This document shows, one piece after another, positions 12,107 through 25,176 of a DNA stretch of 64,000 nucleotides (its first letter is position 1; every line of letters starts with the position of its first letter). The notes beneath the pieces are model-generated. The model saw only the letters and a list, made by a program, of their open reading frames with translations, was not told where the DNA came from and made no database searches. The position numbers were made by a program, and so were the translations under genes. Origin of the DNA: Massalongia carnosa (lineage: Eukaryota); assembly GCA_965645245.1 (NCBI GenBank), contig OZ287072.1, positions 1 to 64,000 on the forward strand, read 5' to 3'.

Positions 12107-12372
12107 TAGAATAAAAGCAAGTGTCTTATCTTCTATTGACTTTACATTACTATCTTGCCTTTTGATACCACTACTGCTGGGAGGTTAGGAGAAGAACAAG
12201 ACAATAGAATAAGAACAATAGCTAGACTAGTCACTGTATGCCTCGTACCTCGTGCATCGTGTCTCTTCTGTATATGAACTGCATGTGTTGATGCTGTGTG
12301 TTGTTATAGCTATGTGTGCTATAGCTAAGCTACAAGCATGCTCTGCTCTGTATCTAAAGGAAAAGAACTATC

Positions 12373-12680
12373 TGTCACCTGACTTCCGAGCTACCCATAC
12401 AACGAATTAATTATCTTCACCATATTTGGCATGAAATTGACCACATTGTCACGATTCCACCTTTCGCCTTTAGGAGCTAAACCTAATCGAGCACCTACGG
12501 GTCGGATAACGAGATTCACGAGATAGCGCGGAAAACTCTTTCGCGACCGTACTGCATGAGGGCAAGGGAACGCGTTGGTATATAGGGACGGGTCAGACCT
12601 TTCGAGTCTTTCTTTTCTCTTCATCTTTATTGTTTTCGTTCATGGCGTCCCTATGACTAGCCTCTAGGTAGACCGTAACA
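12373..12680 (-). mobile_element. LTR without matching TSD; probable 5' LTR of a remnant extending left to ~7043
   Basis: TGTCAC...GTAACA ends; abuts an integrase fragment on the right; 7043-7783 and 12109-12372 read as contiguous once the nested insertions are removed. Confidence 0.5.
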
Positions 12681-15585
12681 ATAATAGCTTACATAGTGTC
12701 ATAAAAATGACCCCCTTCGAAGCTATATTTGGAGAAGCGCCCAAATGGGAAGACGAAATTCTGACTGAAAAGTGGTCCGAGGTTCCTGCTGCACGCGTCC
12801 TGGCCACTGACATAATAGACAAAAGAAAACACCTGGAGAAATTATTACAAACAGCTTCAAGTACCCAGGCTAGATATTATGATCAGAAACATATTCCCAA
12901 GACGTATAATATGGGTGATAAAGTCCTCCTGAACGCAAAAAATATTAAATCCAGTCGTCCGTCTAAAAAACTGGACTACAAATATTACGGGCCATACGAA
13001 ATTGTCACTCCTATAGGAAAACAGGCCTACAAACTCCAACTTTCCCCGTTATTGAAGGGAATTCATAATTTGTTCCATGTTTCCCTATTGGAACCTTATA
13101 GATATGACCCGAACAAAATATCTGAACCACCTCTACCCATAGAAGTAGAAGGGGAAGAACAATGGGAGGTAGAACAGGTGCTGGATAGTATAATTCACTA
13201 TGGAAAACTCCAATATGATGGATGGGATTTTCTGGCAGTCGAAGAGATTCTCGACGAATTCTTCTTCTTCGGTACCTTTCTGATACGGGTAATCAATGGT
13301 TATCCGTCGAAGACATGGAAGGATCACAGGAATTAATTAATTCCTATCATAATCAATATACGGAAAAACAGTCCTGAACTCCTACGAGGAAGAAAAGAAA
13401 ATCGAAGGCATGAACCATTTCGATTGGAGTCGAATGATCCAGAATCAGACTGCTATCTACCACACCACAACCACCTTCTCTCACCCCTTCTCCCCCTTTT
13501 CAATCACCAAAATATCCTCCCCTGGAGGGTGTAATAGGGTAGGCCTAGTATGCGTTCGTTGAACGTAAGACTGGCCTATGTGGCTATGTGGGATACGTAC
13601 AGCCAAAACAACCACCAAGACAATAAGGTCCCGCCTAACCCAGTTAGGCATAGTGTGGGGACTTAACTTATTCTGGAGGTGTTTTCGTAGTACACGAAGT
13701 ATCCCCTCGCCTCGCCTCACCTCCCATAGCTCACCTGCCTAGTCTTATCTACCCGTGTCTTTCGGTGTCCGAAGTATTTCGGAGTCCGAAAATACCAGGT
13801 AGTATGGGCAAGGTATGGAAGAAGAGCTTAGGTTATGGATTGTCCTATCCTATATAGATCAATGATCAAACACTTTAAAAGGGTAGCATTTAGTCTACCC
13901 TTTGACCCGACCCTACCTATTTTGTACCTCTATTGTGACCATCACGTTGTGTAGCCCCTGTGGATCCCCTCTTCCAGTAGAGAATGCCTGCTGGGAGACG
14001 GTCTCCCCGTTTCAGAGGGGGTCCAACCTCTAATACTGCCTAAAAGTGTCAAATGATTAAATTAATTCGACACTAGACCTCCCCCAAGAGATGAGCCACC
14101 GAGCAGCGGAACTTGACTGGAACCTACCCAAATTAGACCAAATTTTCCTAATAGAGCTCCACCTACGGATAACATTTATCCTTCTTCCGGCGACACTCCC
14201 CACACTTCCCCGACTCCTCGGACCACTCACAGGCGACAGGGTCGCCCCCAAGGGTCTGCTTGGCACACCGGTGGCAAACGCTTACCTCCGGGGTAGGCCC
14301 CAACCAAATGGGCGGGTGGAGGAGCGGAAAAGGGGGAGGCAGAGGGGAACCGCCACGAACCGGGGCGGAAACGGGTGGCACGGCGGGGGGAAACCAAAAC
14401 ACCCAGGAAAACATGGTCCTGCGGACCAGGAGTGGTAGGGCGGCGGGGGCGAGGAGGGGGGGAAACGGCCGGGTGGGACCGCTTGGCCCGCGATGAACGG
14501 GCAGAAACCGGAACAACACGCCGAGGTTGTTTAGACCTCGACATGATAGTTGATGATGGAGTGGTTGATGGTAAAGTGATGAAAGATTGATGAAAATATA
14601 GAGTACGGAGTTGGGTGAGGTGATGTTTAAAGAGAAAGAAACAACGAACCCTACCTGTTGATTGTCACGGTGCGAGGTCAGGTAAGAATTCAGGTGGTGC
14701 AAACGTGTGTTACTTGATTGTATAGCTAGGTGGACAAGCCGTTCGACAAGGAGAAAAGAAACAGAAAATCCAACGTTGGCGAGTATAAGACTCTGGCGAA
14801 CGGAACTAGTCCCAATCCAGCCGTTGATCCAATTTCCCCAATTCCCTAGCATGAAACTATCGCCATGACACTATTGATAGTCGGAACACTTACCTTTGAA
14901 CCGGATTAAGCTTAGTTCCTTTCGGATGGCTAACCGGCTAGTGCTTCGTTCAAGCAGCTAAGGTTGATTCAATGAACTAACTGGCAGATGCCCAGTCACT
15001 CCATGACATTGATATGAAAAGAAAGAAAAGACTAAGCCCAAAAAAGTTGGCACCGACAGCAAGGTACGCTCAACAACAACGAAGGGTTAAGACTGATGAG
15101 ACGTCAACAGAACAATAAGAAAGAGTTGAGACTTGGACTCATGACAGCAAGCATGACTTCTAGACTGAACACGGATAACGTGTGTCTGAAGATGCTATCC
15201 ATAGTACTCGGGCAGTACCCGGAACCACATGCGATATGAAGTTATACAGAACTTTCACATCGGGCTCCTGAGGACATGAGCCCTAGAAGGAGGGTAATGT
15301 CAGGTCCCGCACGTCCTGACATAAGCGAATCGGTAGTTATAACCGATCTCCGATCTCTGACTAGGACACGGCTCGTGTTCGTAATCTTCTTTTCATTGTA
15401 CCAATCATAATCACTGTAATTAAATCAACGGACTGGTGACCCTAAGAAGTGGGGCTATAGGATAAAGGCCTGATCGCCCACTTCTTTCTAGGGGTCACTG
15501 ATCAATTTATTGATTTACCACTCTCTATTCGTACATTCATCACGAATCCATATAGTAGTCACGCTGTTAGACTTGACCCCTTACA
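12681..15585 (+). mobile_element. Ty3/gypsy chromovirus C, 3' part
   Basis: NNSLHSVIKMTPFE, KLDYKYYGPY, FHVSLLEPY, WEVEQVLD chromodomain; ~1.9-kb 3' region; PPT AGAAGGAGGG then LTR 15298-15585. Confidence 0.85.
14073..14544 (-). pseudogene. Antisense six-cysteine zinc-cluster-like gene in the 3' region of element C
   Basis: CHRC-x11-C-x8-CGEC-x6-C followed by a GTAGGT...CTAAT...TAG intron (14124-14166); frameshifted. Confidence 0.55.
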
Positions 15586-15694
15586 GGTACCCGCAGGGTA
15601 CCGAGGACAACCGACATGAGGGAGCAGGTATACTGCCATCATGGAGGAAGGACACCATAAAGGAGATAGGAGAAGGCATCCGCAGGATGCCGAG

Positions 15695-15960
15695 GATACA
15701 ACTCGAATGGGGGAGTAGATGCCCTGCCATCATGAAGGGAATACAACCCGAGTGGGGGAGCAGATGTCCTGCCACCATGAAGGGAGTATAACCCGAATAG
15801 GGGAGCAGATGCCCTGCCACCATGAAGGGAGTACAACCCGAATGGGGGAGCAGATGCTCTGCCACCATGAAGGGAGTACAACCCGAATGGGGAGCAGATG
15901 CCCTGCCACCATGAAGGAAGTACAACCCGAATGGAGGAGCAGTTGTCCTGCCGCCATAAG
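15695..15960. repeat. 45-bp tandem repeat (~6 copies)
   Basis: Unit gggagcagatgccctgccaccatgaagggagtacaacccgaatgg. Confidence 0.9.
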
Positions 15961-16066
15961 GGATGGGATGAAAGGTGCAAAGAGAGGACAACTCGCATGA
16001 GGGAGCACATCGCTTGCGATTGCCATCATGGGGAGAAGTGCAGGAAGAAACAACCGACTACGCAAG

Positions 16067-16329
16067 TGATGAATAGTAAAATTCACGTGTAGGTATAATA
16101 GCATGATTGTCATTGAAGGTATGGATTATATGTGAGCTATCTACTTCATTATATAGCAGTCACATTGGAGACCTTTCGGCGACCCTTTTCATAAGGAGTC
16201 AGCCGGTCCACTGAATCTCGGTCCCCGGAGGTCATCTCGGTCCCCGGAGGTCATCTTGGTCCCCGTGGTAGAGTCGCCGAAGATAAGCACTAGATGAATG
16301 CCCATGATGGTAGCCCCTACCATCTGACA
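16067..16329 (-). mobile_element. Solo LTR
   Basis: TG...CA ends, TSD GCAAG; reverse-complement copy at 46507-46750. Confidence 0.9.
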
Positions 16330-16617
16330 GCAAGCACCTGTTCTGTTGGCACGAGGGGATTCATCCTTTTTTTTTTTCACATGCGAGAGTTATATTGTCT
16401 TTGATCTGTTGCTGTATTCTCCTACTGCCACCACCACGGCTACACTGATGAGAGAGTTGATCGGTAAGGGGAGTGTTAAATTATCCTCCAATACCTTTGC
16501 GGGTGTAGCGCAGCCCTGTGAGCGTTGGCGCGCTAGGCAGTATATAATAGCCATGTAGAAAGATCTCAATAGAACACACCTTCATGTAATCTTCTCTCCA
16601 CCCTACCTGATATAACA

Positions 16618-17273
16618 ATTTAACTGTAAATGTGATAGTAATTTAAATGAATGAGGTGGTGGTTTAGTGATGTTGTAGTGGTTTAACGTTGCGAGCCTAC
16701 GAAGCTTCGCTTTCCTACGAAGTTTGCTTTCCCCGACTAGAAGCGAATGCTTCTCGGAGTGAGAGGATTATGCGAGCGACTAGCCGACAATTATTTGCTT
16801 ACTCTCAAAGTTGGTAACAAGAAACGCTTCTGCAGCCTCTTGTATTGCGCCTAATGCACCTGACTGAAACCTAATTTCCCTTTTGAACTCTTGAGAGATT
16901 TCACGAATAACACGTTGAAAAAGGAGTTTGGGAGTGACAGGCTCAACAATTTATTGAGACCTTTAAATCTCTCGCAATGCCCCAGCTAAGTACAAAGTTT
17001 CTCAATCATATATTCAGATTTATACGATGCATTAACAGATTTATAGGTTGCGTCGCGCTCTTATTAACGTTCCCGTTATTGCTATATAACCCCAGGGCCT
17101 TTTCCGTGCCACTGTTTGTCGGAGCCTTTTCAAGCCAATTTTACTTTTTCTTGCTCCTGGAGGGGTATTGGAACCCGCATCTGCAGCGGTAGCCGCTTGC
17201 AGATGCGGCTTGAGTAGTTCTTCGAGTGAAGGTTCGCCTGCCGCCCCGTTCTTGGCGTACTCTGAGATGATAT
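16618..17273 (-). pseudogene. Divergent histone H3-like pseudogene
   Basis: Minus-strand translation of ~16803-16980: [57 protein letters not shown] then a GTAAGC donor; basic ARKS...ARK tail upstream. Confidence 0.8.
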
Positions 17274-17330
17274 TTCTAAAAGACGGTTAAAATTTGATCA
17301 ATTTCTGAAATTTTCCTTTGATATGTAAAC

Positions 17331-17500
17331 TGTGACGAAGGGAGCTAGTGAATAGATTTCTACCATTGCGCCACCTGTCCTTCCCGACAAAAGGCACAAT
17401 ACTTAGTCCGCAGACTAAGCTCTATTCTACTATAACTGGGACTCCTGCTATGTTCGCTGTAGGTCCTGCCGTCCGCACAACGCTTGGTCGAACCGTAATA
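17331..17500 (-). mobile_element. Solo LTR (TRIM family)
   Basis: TSD TAAAC; reverse complement of the LTRs at 45873-46043 and 46273-46360. Confidence 0.88.
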
Positions 17501-20500
17501 TAAACATAACTTCAATTGCTCACAAATAATGAATTTTACTTAATACAGCTCTAATTACCATCTTAATAACATGAATAAAGTCAATAATTCCCGTTCTTCC
17601 TCTTCATGTCATGAAACGGCTTCGAATCAAAAGGATCTCGGCCTTATCCCTAGTTGCCCCCTCTATCCTGTCCCTACCTACCGTACCGTAGGTTCATTGG
17701 AGCTACTGCAGGTTCATTGGACCTAACGCAGGTTCATTGGAACGACCGCGGGTTTATTGGACCTACCGCGGGTTCATTAGACCTACCGCAGGTTCATTAG
17801 ACCTACCACAGCTTAATTGGTCAGTGCGCGCTGTTTCAACCTTTCTCGATGCGGTTAGATCGAGTACGGCTCCGCCTCCGATCTTCGAAACCATAATTAC
17901 TCGGTCCCCATTAGGTGTCTTCGTATTAACTTAGGAAAAGGAGATGAATAGGAGATATCGAAGATCAAGGAAACAAAGGGGTAAGGAGTTGAGGAACAGA
18001 TATAAAATAAGGGGTCGAGTCTCGAAAGTTCTGGCTCCTTGTCCGACGTCTTGAATAGCAAATCTAGCCTAGCTGTAGCTATAGACTCAGTTAATTAGAA
18101 AGCTTGACCATCCAATCCAGTCCCTTGACATTACGTCGGACCTATCCCTTAAAAAGTGCCTTCTATAGCACTTTTCTCTATCCATTCCTTTTTCAACCCA
18201 GCCATGTCTTCTCAGGAAGAAAACCCCCCTCATCAGGACGAGCGTGTGAGATTTGTTCAGGAACGTCTTCAATCCAACCCTCAACAGTTCTTGAACGAAA
18301 GGGAAGCCATGTCGACCGAATTAGCTCAGCTTCGCGCCGCTGCCAAAACCCCATCCCCGTCCGCTTCCGATTCCCCCGTCTCGACTCTCATCCCAGCTCT
18401 CGCCCCATCCTTGGATCCCCAGATAGCTGCCCTGATGAAGCTACTCCTAGCAAGGAACTCCGAACCACGTTCAGAAAAGCTCCCAGATATTCCGGAATAC
18501 GACGGGGACGAAGCTCGACTCGACGCCTGGGAACAAAGCCTCATTCAGCGAATGCATATAAACAATGATCGCTATCCCTCCGACTAATCCAAAATCGCGT
18601 ATGCAGAAACTCGACTAATCATCGGAAAAAAGGCTCACAACCTCATGAACTCCTATCGAGTTGACGGCCTTTGCACACTGACCTCCTTCTCCGACTGGCG
18701 ATTCGCTCTTCGTCGTGCCTGTGGCAACCCCTACGAACAAGAAGATGCTCGAAAATATCTCCGAGAAACGTTGAAACAGGGCAGTATGAGCTTTGAGGAA
18801 TACTATAACCTGTTCTCCCAAAAGAAGGATCGCTCGAGAATGGAGGACGCCTCTTTGATTGACGCTATGAAGATAAACGTCAACTATTCAACTCAGTCAG
18901 CGGCCCTCATGTATCGGGTTCCGGGTACCAATCGACAACCGATTACCTTCGATGAACACGTCAACATGTGGTTGGAGACGACCGCGGTCTGCGTCAAATT
19001 CGTCACCTCGCCCCTAAATCCTCCAACACTACCGCGGGACTCAATGCTTCGGCTGCCACCACCTCAACGTCCCGAAAGTTACAATCAACCAATCAGCCCT
19101 CGGCAGTCAGAGCTGCTTCTGTCCCCTCCTCTTCCACCCCCCCAGCACCTCTGCCCGTCGGCGACCCGATGGATCTTAGCTCTGCTATGGCCGCAGTCAA
19201 GGGCCATTCACTTAAAACCGAGGGAGTTAGGAAGATTTGCGAAGACTGGAAGCTCTGTTTTTATTGCAAACGCCAGCATCCCGGGAAGTCAGCCATTGAC
19301 TGTCCCAATAAAAAATCAACTCACCTTCGAACCATGGATCTCATCCCCGAGGGTCCTGATAACAATCAGGAAAAAGCCTAGTCCCTGCGCTTAGTCGCGT
19401 GCAGGGACCTCCCGTTTTCATCTCTTCTTGTTTGATAGCCGACTCATTTTCCCCTTTTCTAAGGTCTAATACTCGTTTTTCCGTAGCGTCCGCTTTGGAG
19501 CTGTTCGAATCAGATAAAACGTTCAAAGACAGCCACATGGTAGTTGCCTGTACTTTACGTTTATCTAGATTCAGAATTAAAACATTTAACCTTGTCGACT
19601 GTGGTGCATCTGGCTACTCATTTATTGATGAAAACTTTGCGCAAACTCATCAAATCCCTCTTCATCCCCTCAAATATCCTCGACGCCTTGAAGGAATTGA
19701 CGGCTAGGCAGCCTTGTCCGGAAACATCACCAAGGTGGCCGAAATTATCATGACCTAGAAGGTCATGTAGAAAGATTATTTCTATTTGTCACCGGATTAA
19801 AACATTACCCAATTGTCCTGGGTCACCCATGGCTTCGACGGCACAATGCTGTAGCTGATTTTGGAAACAATACCCTCACCTTTGCCTCTCCTTTCTGCCT
19901 CACTCATTGTTGCCCCCATCCTGTCAAGATTCCTGCCATCGAAGAAAAATTCCTCACCCCAGTCGAAAGTCAGAAAGTCTGGGAGGCTGAGGATGTCAAC
20001 TCAGTCAAGAAAGTTTTCGAAGACATCACGTCCATGCAAATTATCAGTACGTCGAAAACTTTCCTAAAACAAGAGGAAAAAAATACCTCTTCAACTAAAC
20101 AAATCGAGCCCAAAGTCGAAACCCCTCTCGAGCCCCTATCAAATGATGAACCGAGCCGTATCGAGAAGACAATTCAGCAAGGACTCACTCCGAAAATTCG
20201 ATATAGAAGTCCTTCTTCACTTCGTACATCTACTCAAAGACGTGCCAAACAGAAAGCACGCAAAAACATCCCTAGCCTGCAGCTAAACGTCTGCGAAATC
20301 GAAGCCGCCTCCTTCAACCGACTAAGCCGGAAGAAAAATCACGATATCTTTGTTCTTTCGATGAAAGAAATCGATCGCTTCTTAAGAATAGAAGCCTCAC
20401 CTAGCCCAGTTCCCAGTCTAGCCCTCAATCAAAGTCCCAGCCTAGTTATCAATTCTAGTCCCTGCCCAAGTTATCAACCATTATCTCCCCAGTCGAGTCT

Positions 20501-21430
20501 CAGTGAAAAGGAAATCCATCTTGCCCTATTCAAAATGAATAAAGCCCTAACCTTGCACGCAACCGTTACCCAGGAGGAATTAGACGAATATCGGGAAAGA
20601 AAAAACGTCGATCCAGCTCCTTTTCTGCCCAAGCAATATAACGACTTCCTAGATGGTTTTTCAAAGAAAAACTCCGCCATCCTACCCGATCACCGCCCGT
20701 ACGATCATGCCATCAAGTTAAAATAAGGCACTCAGGCCCCTAGTCAGGCACTTTATGGAATGAGTCGCAATGAAATCGAGGAGCTTCGTCGCTATCTAGA
20801 TGAGAATGAAGCCAAAGGATTTATTAGAGCTTGTCGCTCTCACGCTGCCTCACCAGTAATGTTCGTCAAAAAGCCTGGAGGAGTACTTCGCATATGTGTT
20901 GACTATCGAGACCTAAATGCTATCACGATAAAAGAATCGCTATCCGCTACCTCTGATCGCCGAGACACTAAATCGATTGTCTAGAGCCAAGATTTTCACC
21001 AAGCTAGACATCATCGCCGCCTTCAACAGGCTTCGAATAAAAGAAGGAGATGAAGAACTCACCGCATTTCGCACTCGTTTTGGCCTGTTCGAGTCTCTGG
21101 TCCTGCCATTCGGTCTGTGCAACGGACCCGCCTCTTTTCAACATTTTATCAATAAAACCCTTCGCGAGTATCTTGACGACTTCTGCAGAGCCTATTTAGA
21201 TATCATTCTCATCTACAGCGATAATGAGCTAGAAAACGAGATACACGTCAAGAAAATACTCTCCAGACTTCGAGACGCTGGTCTGCAGGCCGATATCACC
21301 AAGTGCAAATTTCACGTGACCGAAATTGCATACCTAGGGCTGATTGTGACTACAAAGGGAATAAAGATGGACCAGGCCAAAGTGGAAACCGTCACTAACT
21401 GGCCAATTCCCGTCAATGTGAAAGACGTGC

Positions 21431-21762
21431 TGTAGAGGGGTGGAGTGGAACTCCACCGGGTCGGTGGCAAGTGAGGTGATGAGTCAGGTGATTGGTCATG
21501 TGGTCGGGTGCTGGCGTCTTGGCGTTCCGGTTATATGAGTCTTTTTCTCAAACTTTCCTTCTCATCTTTCAGGATATCCATCTTCGGATCATACTGCTAT
21601 CAACACATACAGCTATCATAGACACTTTCCTTCATACAGCTAGTCGGCTATTGATGGGCATGACGATTAATTCATCGATGCAGTGAGGCTCTGTTGATTC
21701 GGTAATTTTTTTGTTTGTTTCATCCTTCTATCGTTCGCCACCACCCAGTTTATCCCTTCACA
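21431..21762 (+). mobile_element. Solo LTR of the cargo-ORF element, inserted in the RT of D
   Basis: 332-bp reverse complement of 7784-8115 with a few differences; 4-bp TSD GTGC. Confidence 0.95.
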
Positions 21763-24164
21763 GTGCAAAGCTTTTTGGGATTTGCTAACTTTTATAGACG
21801 ATTCGTGTATGGATTTAGCAACATAGCCGGCCCCCTAACCAATCGACAAAAAAGGAAACGGAATTTCGATGGACTGAAAAATGTCAATCCCCTTTCGAAA
21901 TCTTGAAAAAAGCCTTCACCTCCGACGTTATATTGAGATATTTCGATCCGGATCGTCCAATACTCGTAGAAACCGACGCCTCCGACTATGTGTCGGGTGA
22001 CATTCTTTCTTAGTATGATGATAAGGGAGTGCTTCATCCTGTCGCCTACTTTTCCAGAAAACACAATCCGGCTGAATGTAACTATGAGATATATGACAAA
22101 GAATTAATGGCAATTGTTCGATGTTTCGAAGAATGGAGATCAGAATTGGAAGGATCTGCATTTCCTATTAACGTCATATCTGATCATAAAAACCTCGAAT
22201 TCTTTGCCTCGACCAAACAACTCAGTCGTCGTCAGGCCAGGTGGAGTGAATTTCTTTCTCGTTTTGACTTCAAGATAGACTACCAACCAGGAAAAGCGGG
22301 AGGAAAACCGGACGCTTTGACTCGACGATCAGGAGATCTTTCTAAAGAAGGGGATGATACGGACGATCGAAGGAAATATCAGCATCAAACTATTCTAAAA
22401 ACCGAAAACCTAGACGAGGAAATCGCAAAAAAGCTATCTTTCTTCCATTCTAGCCCCAGCCTTTCTAAATGACGAAGAACCTCACCCCGAAGAACCTCAG
22501 CTAGACGAGGGCCCAATTAATCCAGATGAGGATATTCCCACTCAGCTTCTTTGGGAACAAGCCCTCGCACGAGATCAACTCGCACCCAGAATTCTAGAAT
22601 CTCTTCGCAATAACGAAAGATATCATAATCAAATTCAGCTAGCAGAATGCGAAGACAGAGAAGGTGTCCTATATTTTCGGAATAAGAAATATATGCCTCG
22701 ATCAGACCGCCTAGGACTTCGTATCATTCAACTTGCCCACGATAGCGTCGCCGGAGGACATCCAGGCCGTTACAAATGTCACGAATTGGTAAATCGAACA
22801 CATTGGTGGCCTAGTATGCATCAGTCCATCAAAAGATTTATTCGGAATTGCCATACCTGCAAAAGATCAAAACTATCTCGTCAGCGTTATCAAGGCTGGC
22901 CGCGTCCGCTACCCCCTCCGGAACGTAGATGGCGTGATGTCGCCATGGATTATGTAGGACCACTGACTCCCAGCACCTTTATAGGAATCACCTATCGCTA
23001 TGTCTTAGTGTTTATAGACCGTCTTTCCAAAATGCGACACTTTGTCCCCACAGCAACAATGGAAGTTGAAGAAGCGGCCAATTCTTTCTATCAGAGTGTC
23101 TGGAAGTTGCATGGCCTTCCCGATGGCCTAGTCTCCGACCGCGGCTCTCAGTTTACCTCCGACTTCTGGGAACTGATGTGCAAAAGGTTGAAAATCGATG
23201 CCAAACTTTCCACTGGTTATCATCCTGAAACTGATGGCCAAACCGAAAGAGCTAATGCCACTATGGAGCATTATCTTAGGGCTTATGTCAACTACATGCA
23301 AGATGACTGGGCACAATGGCTTCCCGGCGCCGAATTCGCTAGCAATAACACCGACTCTTCTAGTATTCTAGCCTCCCCATTCCTAGCCAACTTCGGACAA
23401 CATCCTCGTGTGGGATTTGAACCGGAGGAACCGTTACCTCAAGACCTGACCGCTCAGGGAAGCGCAAACCTGATTGCAGCCAATCAGTTTGTGGACAAAA
23501 TGCAGGATATCGATACTCATCTCCGAGACGAAATGCAAATGGTAAAAGCATCTTATGAATCAACCGCAAATGCTAATCGACGTCCCTGCCCCCGCTATTT
23601 CGTAGGAGATATTGTATTGCTAAGCACCAGAAATATCCAGACCGCCCGCCCAACAGTTAAATTGGACGATCGAAACATCGGTCCCTATCAGGTCAGCAAG
23701 GTTTTTCCCAACCCACTGATTGTTCAAATCGAACTTCCCGATACCGTCAAAATTCATCCCGTTATTCACGTCAATCTATTGCAACACGACGCCAATAACC
23801 CGCTTCCCGGACAAATACCGGAGCCTCAAAACCCCGTTATTGCTGAAGACGGCCAGCGAGAATGGTATGTAAATAGCATTCTGAATTCCAAACTCGATCG
23901 ACGTTTCCAACCCCCACTTCTGAAGTATCTTGTCGGCTGGAAAGGACACGCCTCCACCTGGGAACTATTCAACTACATCACCAACTGTCAGCAAGCCCTA
24001 GACGAGTATCATCAAGCTTACCCCAACGCGGCTGGCCCTCATCTCACCCCGTGCCAAATTCCTCGTTGTCGGTATCGTGATTAAAATTGCATCGCAGGAG
24101 CTCTGCCTTTGAGAGGGGAGCTACTGTCATGAAACGGCTTCGAACTAAAAGGATCTCGGCCTTA

Positions 24165-25176
24165 TGTAATGGGCAACGAGACCAGGAAGCTAATCACGAG
24201 CGACACTGATCTCGAAAGGGGAAATGCTCAGCGTGAGAGGAGGAAGATAGCTACTACGTGCTAGTCTCCGAGAGTATACGTGATCCAAAGAACTAATTGA
24301 TGTGGAAGTGCTTAGACCAAGAGATCTCGTCCGAGACCCAAACGTAGGTTGTTCATAGAATAAAGACTAATTGCTAACGAATACTACAATATTCGTTCTG
24401 ATATTTATCCTACTCACCTCAAGCCTATAGCCTTGGGAGCCTTGGAACCTTAGGAGCCTTGCAAGCATTACAGCCTTGCAATCCACATCCGACTTTATCG
24501 CATTACATCCAACCATCACTCAGGATCCATCCACGAACTCGGCGTTCGCTGGATCATCTAGTCAGCCTCGAGCAGCCTTCTAGACCTTCCCTTGCAAGGT
24601 AGAACAATTCTACCCCCGGCTAGATTCCTCACTACATGCCTCAGGCTATGTAGCTTCATTTCGCCGTCACCACTACCTAGTGATGGAAGGTTACCTCCGA
24701 CTGAATACCTCGCTACACTGCGGACCTGCCTCTAGACACAAGGTCTAGACAACGAGGTCATGTAGGTTCATTCAGCCGACATCACTACCAACGTAGTAAT
24801 AAAGGTTGAAGCTGAAGTTTACACCGGGGAGCCTAGCTCAAGCTGCGTCCAGCGAGCCGTGCCTCCTGCTACCTCTCTTGAACCATCAAGAGATCCAGTA
24901 GCTCCGAGTAGGCCAGTAGATCCCATATAGAGTTCCTTGGCGTCTCCACAGGAGTCCGCCTTACACTCCATGGCAATCTACCACCACGGCCTCGACAGGT
25001 GTTTGATCTGTAAGTAGTCCAGAACGTGATAACAATAACTCCGAAGTTTCGGGGCAAGATGGTAGTGTGTCAGCCTCGACGGCTTATGCGACTTCGTACT
25101 ACGGCATGGTCCACGCTAGTTAATCCCACAACCGCCATAGGCGATCACGTATCCCTCTAGCGCTATCCGTATTACA
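24165..25176. mobile_element. ~1-kb solo LTR in the 3' LTR of D
   Basis: TGTAAT...ATTACA ends, TSD CCTTA; diverged inverted copy at 46361-47911. Confidence 0.9.

Larger units (their letters stand above)
15586..16617 (+). mobile_element. 3' end of a copia-like LTR element
   Basis: TAAGGGGAG purine tract followed by TGTTA...TAACA LTR at 16474-16617. Confidence 0.6.

Noticed and set aside
15510..16113. Repetitive 15-aa ORFs on both strands
   Set aside because: Translations of the 45-bp minisatellite, with a frame break within the array
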